Source: an uncultured Verrucomicrobiae bacterium (GTDB taxonomy: Bacteria > Verrucomicrobiota > Verrucomicrobiia > Chthoniobacterales > JAFAMB01). From it: a DNA stretch of 64,000 nucleotides. The notes beneath the pieces are model-generated. The model was given only the letters and a program-made list of their open reading frames with translations, made no database searches and was not told the origin of the DNA. The stretch covers positions 352,001 through 416,000 of the forward strand of contig CAVXLD010000010.1 in the NCBI GenBank assembly GCA_963762565.1. The letters are read 5' to 3'. Below, piece after piece: positions 9,348-19,696 of the stretch (the first letter of the stretch is position 1; every line of letters starts with the position of its first letter). Both the position numbers and the translations under genes were made by a program.

Positions 9348-11573
9348 ATGGATAAAGTGCAGGTATGGCCGGGAAAGCCCTATCCCCTGGGGGCTACATG
9401 GACGGGTAAAGGCGTGAACTTCGCTCTGTACTCTGCCAACGCAACAGGTGTCGATTTATGCCTGTTCGAGAACCCGGAAACCGACCGCGAAAACATTCGG
9501 ATCAGACTTCGCGAGGTAACCGATCATATCTGGCACGTTTTCCTGCCTGATGCAGAACCCGGTCAACTTTATGCCTATCGGGTTTACGGTTTGTACGAGC
9601 CAGCCGCCGGCCACCGATTCAACGCATCGAAGGTACTCATCGACCCCTATGCAAAAGCGATTGCTGGCAAGGTGATATGGGGACCGGAAATGTTCGGTTA
9701 CCCACTAGGAAACGCCGCCGAAGATCTAAAACGCGACTATCTGGATAACGTTTCCTCCATGCCGAAATGTATCGTGATCGATCCTGCGTTTGATTGGCAG
9801 AAAGACCAACCACCCCGTACCCCCCTTGAAGAAACCGTGATGTATGAGGTGCACGTTCGCGGATTTACTAAGGAATGGGAGACGATCCCTAAAGAAGTCC
9901 GCGGCACTTACGCCGGGCTTGGTTCGCCAGAAGCTCTCAAATATTTGCAAGAGCTCGGCGTCACCGCGGTGGAGCTTTTGCCGGTCCATGAGCATTGCGA
10001 CGAAGGTTTCCTGTTAGACCGAGGCGTCACCAACTACTGGGGATACAACACGCTTGGCTTTTTCGCTCCGGAGAGCAGTTACTCCAGCGCCGGTTTTCTC
10101 GGTGCACAAGTGGCCGAGTTCAAGACGATGGTGCAAAATCTCCATCGAGCCGGGATCGAAGTCATCTTAGACGTCGTTTATAATCATACGGCCGAGGGGA
10201 ATCATCTCGGTCCGACCCTATCATTCAAAGGGATCGATAACGCGTCGTACTACCGGCTAGTGCCTGATAATCCCCGTTTTTACATGGATTACACCGGCTG
10301 CGGTAATACGCCCAACACTCAAAATCCGCGCGTGCTGCAGTTGATCATGGATAGCCTTAGATACTGGGTCACAGAAATGCATGTCGACGGCTTTCGCTTT
10401 GATCTGGCATCTGCACTGGGCCGAGAGGAGCATTTGGTCGATGCGCATTCCGGCTTTTTCGACATCTTGCTGCAGGATCCCATCCTTTCTCAGGTAAAAC
10501 TGATCGCCGAGCCCTGGGACCTCGGAGAGGGTGGTTACATGGTTGGTAAGTTCCCCGCTCCGTGGTCGGAGTGGAACGGGAAGTATCGCGATTGTATCCG
10601 CCGTTATTGGAAGGGAGACGACGGTCTGCTGGCGGAGTTTGCCTATCGATTGACCGGAAGCCCGGATCTCTACCAACATCAGGGTAAAGCGCCCCGAGCG
10701 AGCATCAATTTTGTTACCGTTCACGACGGTTTTACCCTCAACGACCTGGTTTCTTATAACGAGAAGCACAACGAAGCGAACGGTGAGGAAAATCGCGACG
10801 GGGATAGTCACAACAATTCTTGGAATTGCGGCGTTGAAGGCGCAACGGACGACGTAAAAATCAATGAATTACGCGAGCGCCAAAAACGAAATTTCCTAGC
10901 TACACTCTTTCTGTCGCAGGGGGTTCCTCTTTTAAACGGAGGCGACGAGTTTTCGCGTACCCAGAAAGGAAATAACAATACCTATTGCCAAGATAACGAG
11001 ATCAGCTGGTTCAATTGGCAACGGACCCCGGAGCAAGAGCAGCTTGTCCGGTTCACGACCCAACTTATCCAATTCCGGCGGGAACACCCGGTGTTTCGTC
11101 GCCCCAAATATTTTACCGGTCGAAGAATTCGGGGCTCCGATGTAAAGGATCTCATGTGGTTTGCTCCTAACGGAGCCGAGATGAAGGAAGCTGACTGGCA
11201 AAACGGCTTTGCCAAAAGCGTCGGCGTACTGTTTGGCGGCGCAACCTCGGACGTGAGAGATCCCCGCGGAGAACCGGTCCGAGACGATACTTTTCTCCTC
11301 CTTTTCAACGCGCATTACGACCCGCTGACTTTCATCTTGCCTGGCCGCGAAGAGATCCGGTGGGAGACCGTTATTAACACTGCTACAGAGGCCGGTTTCG
11401 TTAAGACCGGGGAGGTTGTCGCTGCGGGCGACGAGGTTGAGTTGATTGAAAGAAGCCTCTCCCTTCTTCGGCTTTCGGAGGGTGATCAGACGTTCGCACA
11501 CGAGGAATCACGTTCGACCCGAGAAGGAAAGATACCCACCAAGATGCCTACGCAAAAAGAGACGCAGGGATGA
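9348..11573 (+). CDS. glgX: Glycogen debranching enzyme GlgX/TreX (GH13)
   Basis: YPLGAT..GVNFA, NYWGYNT, DVVYNHTAEG, DGFRFDLA, IAEPWD, NFVTVHDGFTL. Confidence 0.95.
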   Translation: MDKVQVWPGKPYPLGATWTGKGVNFALYSANATGVDLCLFENPETDRENIRIRLREVTDHIWHVFLPDAEPGQLYAYRVYGLYEPAAGHRFNASKVLIDPYAKAIAGKVIWGPEMFGYPLGNAAEDLKRDYLDNVSSMPKCIVIDPAFDWQKDQPPRTPLEETVMYEVHVRGFTKEWETIPKEVRGTYAGLGSPEALKYLQELGVTAVELLPVHEHCDEGFLLDRGVTNYWGYNTLGFFAPESSYSSAGFLGAQVAEFKTMVQNLHRAGIEVILDVVYNHTAEGNHLGPTLSFKGIDNASYYRLVPDNPRFYMDYTGCGNTPNTQNPRVLQLIMDSLRYWVTEMHVDGFRFDLASALGREEHLVDAHSGFFDILLQDPILSQVKLIAEPWDLGEGGYMVGKFPAPWSEWNGKYRDCIRRYWKGDDGLLAEFAYRLTGSPDLYQHQGKAPRASINFVTVHDGFTLNDLVSYNEKHNEANGEENRDGDSHNNSWNCGVEGATDDVKINELRERQKRNFLATLFLSQGVPLLNGGDEFSRTQKGNNNTYCQDNEISWFNWQRTPEQEQLVRFTTQLIQFRREHPVFRRPKYFTGRRIRGSDVKDLMWFAPNGAEMKEADWQNGFAKSVGVLFGGATSDVRDPRGEPVRDDTFLLLFNAHYDPLTFILPGREEIRWETVINTATEAGFVKTGEVVAAGDEVELIERSLSLLRLSEGDQTFAHEESRSTREGKIPTKMPTQKETQG

Positions 11574-11624
11574 GGAACGAGCGGAAACGAGCGGGAGCGC
11601 CGGGAACGAGCGGGAACGCGAACG
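11574..11624 (+). repeat. Short degenerate tandem array (GGAACGAGCG-type units)
   Basis: Begins directly after the glgX stop. Confidence 0.6.
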
Positions 11625-11651
11625 CTGTGTATAATACCACGCCCCTGACCC

Positions 11652-11772
11652 GGGAGGGCGCGCGTCCTCGCGCGCCGCGAATAGGCCTGGAACCGTCGAT
11701 ATATTCAAACGCTTGGCCGAAGAACACGCTCGGCTTCGGGTACAAACGGATCGCGAGGACGCGATCCCTCCC
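11652..11772. repeat. Family A element copy 2 (no insert)
   Basis: GGGAGGGCGCGCGTCCTCGCG ... CGCGAGGACGCGATCCCTCCC. Confidence 0.85.
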
Positions 11773-11817
11773 GAGAAAGCAGACAAAAAACGTTATTCGC
11801 TGCCACACACTGACCAG

Positions 11818-13668
11818 ATGAAACACAGACGCTATTCTCAAGGAGCCGAGCTTACCCAGAACGGCGTTTCTTTCCGAACTTGGGCCACGAACAAGAAATC
11901 GGTTTCGGTGCTTCTGCTCAATCCAGAGCGGCAGCCAATCCGTGAACTGCCGCTCACTCAGGACCAAGAGGGCTATTATTCCGTCGAGGATCCACAGGCG
12001 GCGGTGGGCACCCTTTATCAGTACCGATTGGACGGTCAGCTCGTGCCCGATCCAGCGTCAAGATTTCAGCCGTTCGGCGTCCATGGCCCTTCTCAAATTG
12101 TGGATGGCAACGCCTTTGTTTGGTCAGACCAAAGTTGGAAACCCCCTTCATTAAGCGAGCTGATCATCTACGAACTGCACGTCGGCACTTTCACCCGCGA
12201 GGGATCTTTCCGATCCATCATCGATCATTTCGACCATTTGCTCCGTCTAGGAGTGAACGCAATCGAGCTAATGCCGATCGCAGATTTTCCCGGTGACCGC
12301 AATTGGGGGTATGACGGAGTACAAATTTTCGCTCCCTGCCGGGCCTACGGAAATCCGGACGATCTACGCTTCTTTATCAACGCGGCGCATCGGTCCGGGT
12401 TAGCGGTAATCCTCGACGTGGTCTACAACCATTTCGGTCCGGACGGGAACTATCTCGGAGTTTATTCCAAGACCTACTTTAATCCCGATCATCATACCCC
12501 TTGGGGGCTGGCGTTTAATTTCGATTGTAGCGACTGCGCCCCGGTCCGTTCATTTTTCTTGGAGAACCCGATTTATTGGCGTCAGGAATTCCATTTTGAT
12601 GGGTTCCGTCTAGATGCAACCCAGGCTATTCCTGACGACTCCAAAAAGCACGTTATCCAAGAGATTGCCGAAGAAGTTCAAGGTCGCGGCGCCTTGGTGA
12701 TTTGCGAAGACCCGCGCAACGAACGACTGATTGTTTTACCTCGTTCATCCGGCGGCTATGGTTGCGATGCGGTTTGGGCGGACGATTTTCATCACGTGGT
12801 CCGTACTTTGATGACTGGGGAAAACGAAGGCTATCTGGGTTACTTCGCCGGAACGCCCGAGCAATTATTGACCACGGTCCGAGAAGGCTGGCTATTCACC
12901 GGGCAACTGCAAAAGGATGGAATTGCTCGCGGCAGCAAAGGAATTGATATCGAACCCGAACATTTCGTCGTTTGCATCTCCAACCACGACCAAGTCGGGA
13001 ACCGCGCTTTTGGCGACCGATTGAATGCGATCATTTCGGCGGAATCGTACCGGGCCGCTTCGGCGCTCTGCCTCCTGGCGCCTTACACACCGATGCTCTT
13101 TATGGGCCAGGAATGGTCTAGTTCGTCACCCTTCTGCTATTTCACCGACCACGAGCCTACCCTTGGCGGCAATATCGCCAGGGGACGCAGGAAAGAATTC
13201 GAGCAATTCTCGGCGTTCCGCGACGCCGACAAACGGGAGAAAATTCCGGACTCACAGGCTGAACAAACATTCCTGGCATCGAAGCTAAATTGGGACGAGG
13301 TCACCGCGGGACAACATCAGACCGTACTTCGGCTTTACCAGGATTGTATCCGGTTTCGTCAAGCCAAGCTCAGGGACCGGCGACGCGGTGTCTGGCAGGT
13401 TGAATTAGTTTCCGATCAAACACTCGCCCTCCGATATTCGCCCCCGGAAAACGCTGAAGTCCTTATCCTGGTTCAACTCGCTCCAGCTAAGACCACGTTG
13501 GATCTTAACCTTCCCATCCTGCGACCTGCCCCAGGTCACCCCTGGAAATTCTCTCTTTCATCCAACGAGCCCGAGTATGGCGGCGAACAACCTGGTTTCT
13601 GTGACCCGCAGAAAGAAGCATTTTTTTTGATCCAGCCCGAAACAATCATGTTTGTGGCGCACGCATAA
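11818..13668 (+). CDS. treZ: Malto-oligosyltrehalose trehalohydrolase
   Basis: PDPASRFQP.GVHGPS, YELHVGTFT, RNWGYDG, DVVYNHFGPDGNY, NHDQVGNRA; start set at ATG 11818. Confidence 0.93.
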   Translation: MKHRRYSQGAELTQNGVSFRTWATNKKSVSVLLLNPERQPIRELPLTQDQEGYYSVEDPQAAVGTLYQYRLDGQLVPDPASRFQPFGVHGPSQIVDGNAFVWSDQSWKPPSLSELIIYELHVGTFTREGSFRSIIDHFDHLLRLGVNAIELMPIADFPGDRNWGYDGVQIFAPCRAYGNPDDLRFFINAAHRSGLAVILDVVYNHFGPDGNYLGVYSKTYFNPDHHTPWGLAFNFDCSDCAPVRSFFLENPIYWRQEFHFDGFRLDATQAIPDDSKKHVIQEIAEEVQGRGALVICEDPRNERLIVLPRSSGGYGCDAVWADDFHHVVRTLMTGENEGYLGYFAGTPEQLLTTVREGWLFTGQLQKDGIARGSKGIDIEPEHFVVCISNHDQVGNRAFGDRLNAIISAESYRAASALCLLAPYTPMLFMGQEWSSSSPFCYFTDHEPTLGGNIARGRRKEFEQFSAFRDADKREKIPDSQAEQTFLASKLNWDEVTAGQHQTVLRLYQDCIRFRQAKLRDRRRGVWQVELVSDQTLALRYSPPENAEVLILVQLAPAKTTLDLNLPILRPAPGHPWKFSLSSNEPEYGGEQPGFCDPQKEAFFLIQPETIMFVAHA

Positions 13669-13690
13669 AACGTGGAGGCGAAAGTGAACG

Positions 13691-16519
13691 ATGGCTGCTA
13701 AACCCCGAATTCCCACCGCAACTTACCGACTGCAATTCAGCCGCCACTTCACCTTTAAGGATGCGATTGAAGTTATCCCTTACCTAGAAAAACTCGGGAT
13801 CAGCGACGTTTACAGTTCTCCGTTCTACCGCTCGCGTGGAGGAACTGATCACGGCTATGACGTGATCAACCACAACGAGCTCAATCCCACTCTTGGTACT
13901 CAGGAAGATTTCGAAGCCTTTATCGCTGCTCTGAAGGAGCGTGGTATGGGCCACATCGCGGATTTCGTTCCCAACCACATGGGCATCGCGGATCCAGACA
14001 ATGAATGGTGGATGGACGTCTTGGAGAGTGGTCCCGGTTCCGTTTATGCCTCTTTCTTTGATATCGATTGGGACCCGATTAAACCGCAGTTGCAGAATAA
14101 GGTCCTTTTACCCGTCCTGGGAGACCAGTACGGCAGAGTGCTCGAAAGCGGTCAGTTTGAACTCGATTTTCACGACGGAGCCTTTTTTGTGAAATACTTT
14201 GAGTGGGTCTTCCCTCTCAATCCCAGAACCTATCCTCAAATTTTGCGGATCGCCCTGGAGAAGCTCCAAGGCTACAACGAAGAAGAAATGTATCTCGAGC
14301 TCGAGAGCATCATCACGGCTCTCGACCATTTGCCGGCCCGGACCGAAGTGGATGATGACAAGGTCAGGGAACGTTCTCGAGAAAAGGAGGTGGCTAAACG
14401 CCGTATCGCCCGTCTCTGCCTCGAGACTCCACAAGTGGGAGACGCCATCCAACGCGCGCTAAACATTTTGGAAGGCAAGCCGGGAAATCCCAGATCGTTC
14501 GACTTGCTCGATAGCCTTCTGAATTCTCAGCCCTACCGTCTCAGCTATTGGCGGGTTGCCGCAGAGGAAATCAACTATCGCCGATTTTTCGACGTCAACG
14601 AGCTCGCCGGTATCAAAGTGGAGAACCCAAAGGTCTTCGAGACGATTCACCGCCTGCTATTCCAGCTCTTGAAAGATGCCAGTGTCACCGGTGTCCGGAT
14701 TGATCACGTAGACGGGTTGCAAAATCCCAAGAAATATCTCATCGACCTGCAAAAGCATTGCCAAGACGGCTCGGACGAAGGAACGGCTGCGCGCCTTAAT
14801 CCGGACAACGGATGCTATTTGATCGTCGAGAAAATCTTGGAGGATAACGAACAGTTGCGAACCGATTGGCCCGTACATGGCACCACGGGATACGAATTTG
14901 CCTACGAGACCACTCAGTTGCTGGTCGATTCCAGTAACGCAGACCGATTCTCCCGTATTTACCGTGAGTTCATCGATCGATATGTTCATGTTGAATCCCT
15001 CATCTACGAGAAGAAAAAGCTGGTCATGGAAGTCACGTTGTCCAGCGACATCGAAACGCTCAGCCACATGTTGAGTGAGGTCGCCGAACGCGACCGTCTG
15101 CACCGCGACTTTACCTTGGATACGCTCAGCCTGGTGGTCAGCGAGCTTATCGCCTGCTTCCCGGTTTATAGGACTTATATCACCGCCGAGAGCGGCGTTT
15201 CCGAGCTTGATCGGCACGTCATACTGCGTGCGATTCGCGCCGCTAAACGCCGGAACGCGGCCATGGAGCCGTCTATTTTCGATTTCTTACGCGGGATCTT
15301 GTTACTGGAAAACTTCGAATCGGCAGACGAGACCACAAGGGAACTCCAACTCGATTTCGTCAATAAGTTTCAGCAGAGCACCGGACCGATCATGGCCAAG
15401 GGCTTAGAGGATACTGCTTATTATATCTTTAATCGATTGACCGCTCTGAACGAAGTCGGCGGAGCCCCTCAACAATTCGGGATGTCGCTCGAGCGGTTTC
15501 ACGAACGGACCCGGCTCCGCTGGGCGGCAACTCCCAGCACGCTCCTGACTCTAACTACACACGACACCAAACGCAGCGAGGACGTCCGGGCCCGAATCGC
15601 AGTGCTCAGCGAAATCCCAGACCAGTGGCAGAGCTGGTTGGAGGAATGGCGAAAACTGACTGCCGGCGCCAAGTCCGATTTAGAAGGTGAGATCGCCCCG
15701 AATGCCAACGAGGAATACCTGTATTATCAGACTTTGTTAGGAACCTGGCCAGTATCCGCCGAAGAAGTTGATGAGACCTACGTCGAGCGAATCCAACGAT
15801 ACATGCTGAAGGCGATTAAGGAGGCCAAAGTCAATAGTAGTTGGATTTCACCCAACGAGGTCTGGGAGGACGCGGCCCGGCGATACGTGGCCACAACCTT
15901 AGAACCAGATCATCTCTTTCGACAGGCCATTGCCAAAGCCGCCGAGGGCATCGCTTGGCACGGAATGTTGAACTCTTTGTCTCAGACGATCCTGAAGCTC
16001 ACTTGCCCAGGTGTGCCTGATTTCTTCCAAGGCTCGGAACTATGGGATCTCCGCCTGGTTGATCCAGACAATCGTGGGTCAATTGATTACACACTCCGGG
16101 AAAACGCCCTAGAAGAAGTAAGCGGTAAAGTCATCGAAACTTTGCTGCCATCGTGGAAAAACGGTTCCATCAAAATAGCCGCCGTGGGCGCCTTGCTCCA
16201 ACTTCGTCGGCGGTCACCTCGCTTATTCGAAACCGGCACTTATTCTTCGTTGTACGCGACCGGTGCCAAACGCGACTGTGTCATCGCCTTTCACCGGCGC
16301 AGCGAAAACCAGGATATCCTGGTGATCGTCCCTCGATTTACTACCCGACTAGGTAGCGCGAATCGCCCATTCGATTGGGGCGATACCCAGCTATTGATTG
16401 ATGAATCGTTGCCCGCGATGCGTGATTTGCTCAGCAGCCGTAAGCTGACCAAAGGCCAAGACAGCGTACCCTTAAAAGCGCTCCAGAACTTCCCGTTCGC
16501 GGTATTCAGCAACTTCTAA
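13691..16519 (+). CDS. treY: Malto-oligosyltrehalose synthase
   Basis: [56 protein letters not shown]. Confidence 0.95.
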   Translation: MAAKPRIPTATYRLQFSRHFTFKDAIEVIPYLEKLGISDVYSSPFYRSRGGTDHGYDVINHNELNPTLGTQEDFEAFIAALKERGMGHIADFVPNHMGIADPDNEWWMDVLESGPGSVYASFFDIDWDPIKPQLQNKVLLPVLGDQYGRVLESGQFELDFHDGAFFVKYFEWVFPLNPRTYPQILRIALEKLQGYNEEEMYLELESIITALDHLPARTEVDDDKVRERSREKEVAKRRIARLCLETPQVGDAIQRALNILEGKPGNPRSFDLLDSLLNSQPYRLSYWRVAAEEINYRRFFDVNELAGIKVENPKVFETIHRLLFQLLKDASVTGVRIDHVDGLQNPKKYLIDLQKHCQDGSDEGTAARLNPDNGCYLIVEKILEDNEQLRTDWPVHGTTGYEFAYETTQLLVDSSNADRFSRIYREFIDRYVHVESLIYEKKKLVMEVTLSSDIETLSHMLSEVAERDRLHRDFTLDTLSLVVSELIACFPVYRTYITAESGVSELDRHVILRAIRAAKRRNAAMEPSIFDFLRGILLLENFESADETTRELQLDFVNKFQQSTGPIMAKGLEDTAYYIFNRLTALNEVGGAPQQFGMSLERFHERTRLRWAATPSTLLTLTTHDTKRSEDVRARIAVLSEIPDQWQSWLEEWRKLTAGAKSDLEGEIAPNANEEYLYYQTLLGTWPVSAEEVDETYVERIQRYMLKAIKEAKVNSSWISPNEVWEDAARRYVATTLEPDHLFRQAIAKAAEGIAWHGMLNSLSQTILKLTCPGVPDFFQGSELWDLRLVDPDNRGSIDYTLRENALEEVSGKVIETLLPSWKNGSIKIAAVGALLQLRRRSPRLFETGTYSSLYATGAKRDCVIAFHRRSENQDILVIVPRFTTRLGSANRPFDWGDTQLLIDESLPAMRDLLSSRKLTKGQDSVPLKALQNFPFAVFSNF

Positions 16520-16663
16520 GGTTGCGGGTTACGGGTTGCGGGTTAAATCTCCCGCCGCCACTGCGCCATATAGGTCCTATAGGTCATATAAGTCCTACCC
16601 GCGCCACCATCGCAGACTCGTCCGTCTCCACCGCCCACCAAAACCAAAACGCCAACTCGTAAC
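16520..16663. repeat. Composite short-repeat element filling the gap between the treY and ispH stop codons
   Basis: (GGTTRCG)n left arm, 9-mer TATAGGTCC units inside, AACTCGTAAC right arm. Confidence 0.7.
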
Positions 16664-17497
16664 CTACAACTTCTCCAGCCATTCCTTAACCGTGGCGACC
16701 GTTTGCTTCAGCGTTGAGGTACCGGCGGTTACCCCCACCAAATCGAGGCCCGCGAACCAGCCAGCCTGCAGCTCTTCCGCACGCTCAATATGAAAGCAGC
16801 GTTTACCAGCGGTCTGGCATGCCTTTAACAGTTGGAGAGTGTTGTTGCTGTTTTTGCCTCCGACCACTACGACCGCTTCTACTTGATCTAGCAACATTCG
16901 CAGCGCTGTCTGCCGGTTCTTGGTTGGCTGGCAGACCGTATCACGAAACTCCACTACCGCGTCCGGCCGTTCTTCTTTCAGTGCCGCCACAAGCGCATTC
17001 ACCTGATCGATTGGCTGAGTGGTCTGAGAGACCACCCCAAATCTTGGCTTCGGCGGCAGTGAAGCAATATCTTTGGCGCTTTCGATTACGCTGGCTTCCG
17101 GCAAATCACCGATCAGTCCCCGTACCTCCACATGGCCACGCTTGCCGATGACCGTGGGATGAAAACCGGCTCTGGCCAGCTCAAATAGGGCTTCATGAGC
17201 CTGATGAACCAAAGGACAAGTCCCATCGATTACCTCGTGCCCACGCTCTCGCCACTCGGCGACCGCCCGATTAGACGCACCGTGCGCAGTGATCATCACT
17301 TTCTTGGTGGTCGCTGAGGGCGCATCCAGGGCCGACTCAAGCGCGCCCAATGCACTGAGCTGTTCCTTCGCAATTGGATTGTGAACCAGTTCCCCTAAAA
17401 TGGTTAGTTCTCCGCGACGAGCTAGATCTTCCGCTTGTTTAATCGCGTCTCGGACACCAAAACAGACACCGTAATGTTGAGCTAAAAGTACCTTCAT
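16664..17497 (-). CDS. ispH: 4-hydroxy-3-methylbut-2-enyl diphosphate reductase
   Basis: Three Fe-S cysteines (GVCFGV, DGTCPLV, DTVCQPT), LVHN, AHG, SQTT, SNN, TAGTST. Confidence 0.95.
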   Translation of the reverse strand: MKVLLAQHYGVCFGVRDAIKQAEDLARRGELTILGELVHNPIAKEQLSALGALESALDAPSATTKKVMITAHGASNRAVAEWRERGHEVIDGTCPLVHQAHEALFELARAGFHPTVIGKRGHVEVRGLIGDLPEASVIESAKDIASLPPKPRFGVVSQTTQPIDQVNALVAALKEERPDAVVEFRDTVCQPTKNRQTALRMLLDQVEAVVVVGGKNSNNTLQLLKACQTAGKRCFHIERAEELQAGWFAGLDLVGVTAGTSTLKQTVATVKEWLEKL

Positions 17498-17504
17498 TTG
17501 CGTG

Positions 17505-17521
17505 GCTTTGTAGAACAAAGT
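17505..17521. promoter_or_regulatory. Putative operator CTTTGT-N3-ACAAAG upstream of ispH
   Basis: GCTTTGTAGAACAAAGT, 7 bp from the ispH ATG; matches the site at 18481. Confidence 0.65.
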
Positions 17522-17536
17522 TTTAGGCTAAATTTT

Positions 17537-17833
17537 TTATCCCCTGCCGAGTTTGACGATTTCCTCTAGCGTCTCGATGTAGAGTTTGAATGCGGTCCGT
17601 CCTCGCTCAGTCATCGAATAGCTGGTCAATGGCCGATCCAATACTTCTTTGGTGACCGCTACATAGCCGGCCTGATGTAACGTTCGTAGATGGGTTACTA
17701 GATTACCGTCGCTCATCTCCAGCGCAGTCTTCAATTCTTGGAAGGGCCACCGAGGCCGGGTCGCTAGCAAAGTCATGATGGCAAGCCGTCCTTTCTCGTG
17801 GATCGTGCGATCAAGCTTGTTGAAGTCAACCAT
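17537..17833 (-). CDS. Winged-helix transcriptional regulator (MarR/ArsR-like, HTH_34 type)
   Basis: LDRTIHEKGRLAIMTLL, MSDGNLVTHLRTL, T.YSMT.RGR.AF..Y. Confidence 0.9.
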   Translation of the reverse strand: MVDFNKLDRTIHEKGRLAIMTLLATRPRWPFQELKTALEMSDGNLVTHLRTLHQAGYVAVTKEVLDRPLTSYSMTERGRTAFKLYIETLEEIVKLGRG

Positions 17834-18473
17834 GCTCGTTTTGCCGAGCGGAGAACATGACTAACACACCATAGATGGTGTGATAGAGGCCGAAGCTCCC
17901 AGCCATGGCGTAGTAACCTAGCTGTTCCAACGTCGAGTTCGGCCGATCCGGAACAGCAGCAATCAAGAGGGGCGTCATCCCGCAGAGGATCACAACACTC
18001 GTCAGGATGAACGCCCAACCGAGGACGACAATTGAGCGGGGTGCAAAAGTCATCGTCGACAACAACGCCAACCCGTACAACGCCATCCAACAGACTGCGA
18101 TTAACAGTTCCGTCCCGGCTGCTCGGGCGAGAAAGAAGGTCAGAGCGATCGCCACAATGAAAGCGGGTGCGATCGCCAGCAACGCCGTACGTAAACGGTA
18201 AGAGGTAAACCGTTCTTGACGCCGCTCTGTGGAACGAAACAGGAAAAAGACATTTGCCGTGACGCTCAAGAGACAGACCACGATCCAGGCGAGGACAAAG
18301 TTATGCTGGCACAAGGGCTGAAATGGCCCGGGGATCAGCGCCAGCCCGGAAACCAAAAGGGCGATCAATCCACAGAAGAGCGCCGCTGGAGCCGACACCG
18401 CCCGGTAGACGGTCGCCCGCTCCATCAATTCACGAATGACGCGTAAATGCTCCTCGGCGGCCGAACGATTCAT
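17826..18473 (-). CDS. Integral membrane protein coupled to the wHTH regulator
   Basis: About six TM segments, N-terminal HLRVIRELMERA, 8-bp overlap with the regulator gene. Confidence 0.8.
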   Translation of the reverse strand: MNRSAAEEHLRVIRELMERATVYRAVSAPAALFCGLIALLVSGLALIPGPFQPLCQHNFVLAWIVVCLLSVTANVFFLFRSTERRQERFTSYRLRTALLAIAPAFIVAIALTFFLARAAGTELLIAVCWMALYGLALLSTMTFAPRSIVVLGWAFILTSVVILCGMTPLLIAAVPDRPNSTLEQLGYYAMAGSFGLYHTIYGVLVMFSARQNEHG

Positions 18474-18480
18474 CCTCAAT

Positions 18481-18497
18481 GCTTTGTGACACAAAGC
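18481..18497. promoter_or_regulatory. Perfect palindromic operator upstream of the membrane protein/regulator genes
   Basis: GCTTTGTG-A-CACAAAGC, 7 bp from ATG 18473. Confidence 0.7.
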
Positions 18498-18519
18498 TCT
18501 CGGCGGGGCAAGTGAAAAG

Positions 18520-18586
18520 CAGGAGCTAGGAGCTAGAATCTAGGAGCTAGGAGGGCGTTTGGCGTTTGGCGTTCGGCGTTCGGCGT
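18520..18586 (+). repeat. Two adjacent heptamer arrays, (TAGGAGC/TAGAATC)n then (GGCGTTY)n
   Basis: Same units recur at 23822-23943 and 58888-59172. Confidence 0.85.
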
Positions 18587-18915
18587 GGCACCGTGCGGCC
18601 GGTGGCGGCGAGATGAGGCGCGAAGCGGCTACCCCGGAGTCTTTCGGGGCTGGAGAGATTTTAGCCTAGAGGTGTGTGTGGGACTTGCCGCGAAGCGGCT
18701 CCCGCGTAGCGGGTTGGAGATGCTGAAGGCGCGAAAGAAACGTTACTGGCCACGTTCGGCTCTCGCGAAAAAGCCGGATTTCCCAGGCCCGACCATCTTT
18801 CCAGAATCGATCCCTGAGACGGTCAAAACAACACAACTATATTAAGTAGTGAGTACGTCAAAAAATATTGTTATTTAATTCTTGCCATTCTTATCTAGCT
18901 CATTACTCTTCCCCC

Positions 18916-19380
18916 ATGAATCCTGAAAAAGCTCTAGAAAAAGCCGTCGAATCCTCGGCGAATGCCGGTGTCACAAAAATCCCCGTCTTGGGTATCGCTG
19001 CCGGACTTACTGAATCGGTGAAAGAAGCGCAACAAGCAGAGAAGGCTTTGGAACGGTCCCGAGATCCTGACCGCACCGAAGCAGAACGCACGGCTGCCAG
19101 CCGAGCCGCTGCTATCCACGGGCGGCGAGCCCTGTTCAAAGCGGTCAGCACGGTGCTAACCCAACTGCCAGCCGAGGGCACTGCCGCCTCCCTTACTCTC
19201 GACGGCGCCAATATGATTCTAGATCAAATAGAAGGGGATCCCAGCAAACTCGAGAAGAACGCCTCCCGAACTATCATACCAAAACAGGCCAGCACCGAAT
19301 CCTTCATGCAAGGTATCCGCGAACAAGCGGCTACAGAAACTCAGCATCAAAACGGTGAGCGACCGGCGATCAGACAGTGA
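18916..19380 (+). CDS. Hypothetical Ala-rich, probably helical protein
   Basis: 154-codon ORF after an AT-rich leader and before a hairpin; no family recognised. Confidence 0.55.
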   Translation: MNPEKALEKAVESSANAGVTKIPVLGIAAGLTESVKEAQQAEKALERSRDPDRTEAERTAASRAAAIHGRRALFKAVSTVLTQLPAEGTAASLTLDGANMILDQIEGDPSKLEKNASRTIIPKQASTESFMQGIREQAATETQHQNGERPAIRQ

Positions 19381-19408
19381 TCAACGGAAGCCTTACCAAG
19401 AAAGGAAC

Positions 19409-19441
19409 GGTCCGGATTGCACTTGCGCTGCATTCCGGACC
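19409..19441 (+). terminator. Stem-loop downstream of the hypothetical gene
   Basis: GGTCCGGATTGCA / TGCATTCCGGACC (12 of 13 pairs); no clear U-tract. Confidence 0.35.
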
Positions 19442-19462
19442 CAACGTCGACTGAGAAGATAG

Positions 19463-19679
19463 AATAGCCGCAAACAAGCACAAAAAGCGCAAAAAAGGGA
19501 GCCAGCCTGCCGTGCTCTAGCGACTGAACACGCAGTTCAAATGCTGGGCTATCTTCGCTCCGCTCGCAAAGAGCACGGCTTGTTAATAAACTTTGGCGCC
19601 TACAAACTACAGGTTCGCAAGTATGCCCTGAGTCAGGAACCATTCGAAGTGTAACCCTTTTGCGCCTTTTGCGCCTATT
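19463..19679. mobile_element. Gene-less element with the same type of ends as the GxxExxY cassette
   Basis: AATAGCCGCAAACAAGCACAAAAAGCGCAAAA ... TTTTGCGCCTTTTGCGCCTATT. Confidence 0.6.
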
Positions 19680-19696
19680 TAGATTTTTCCGGACCG

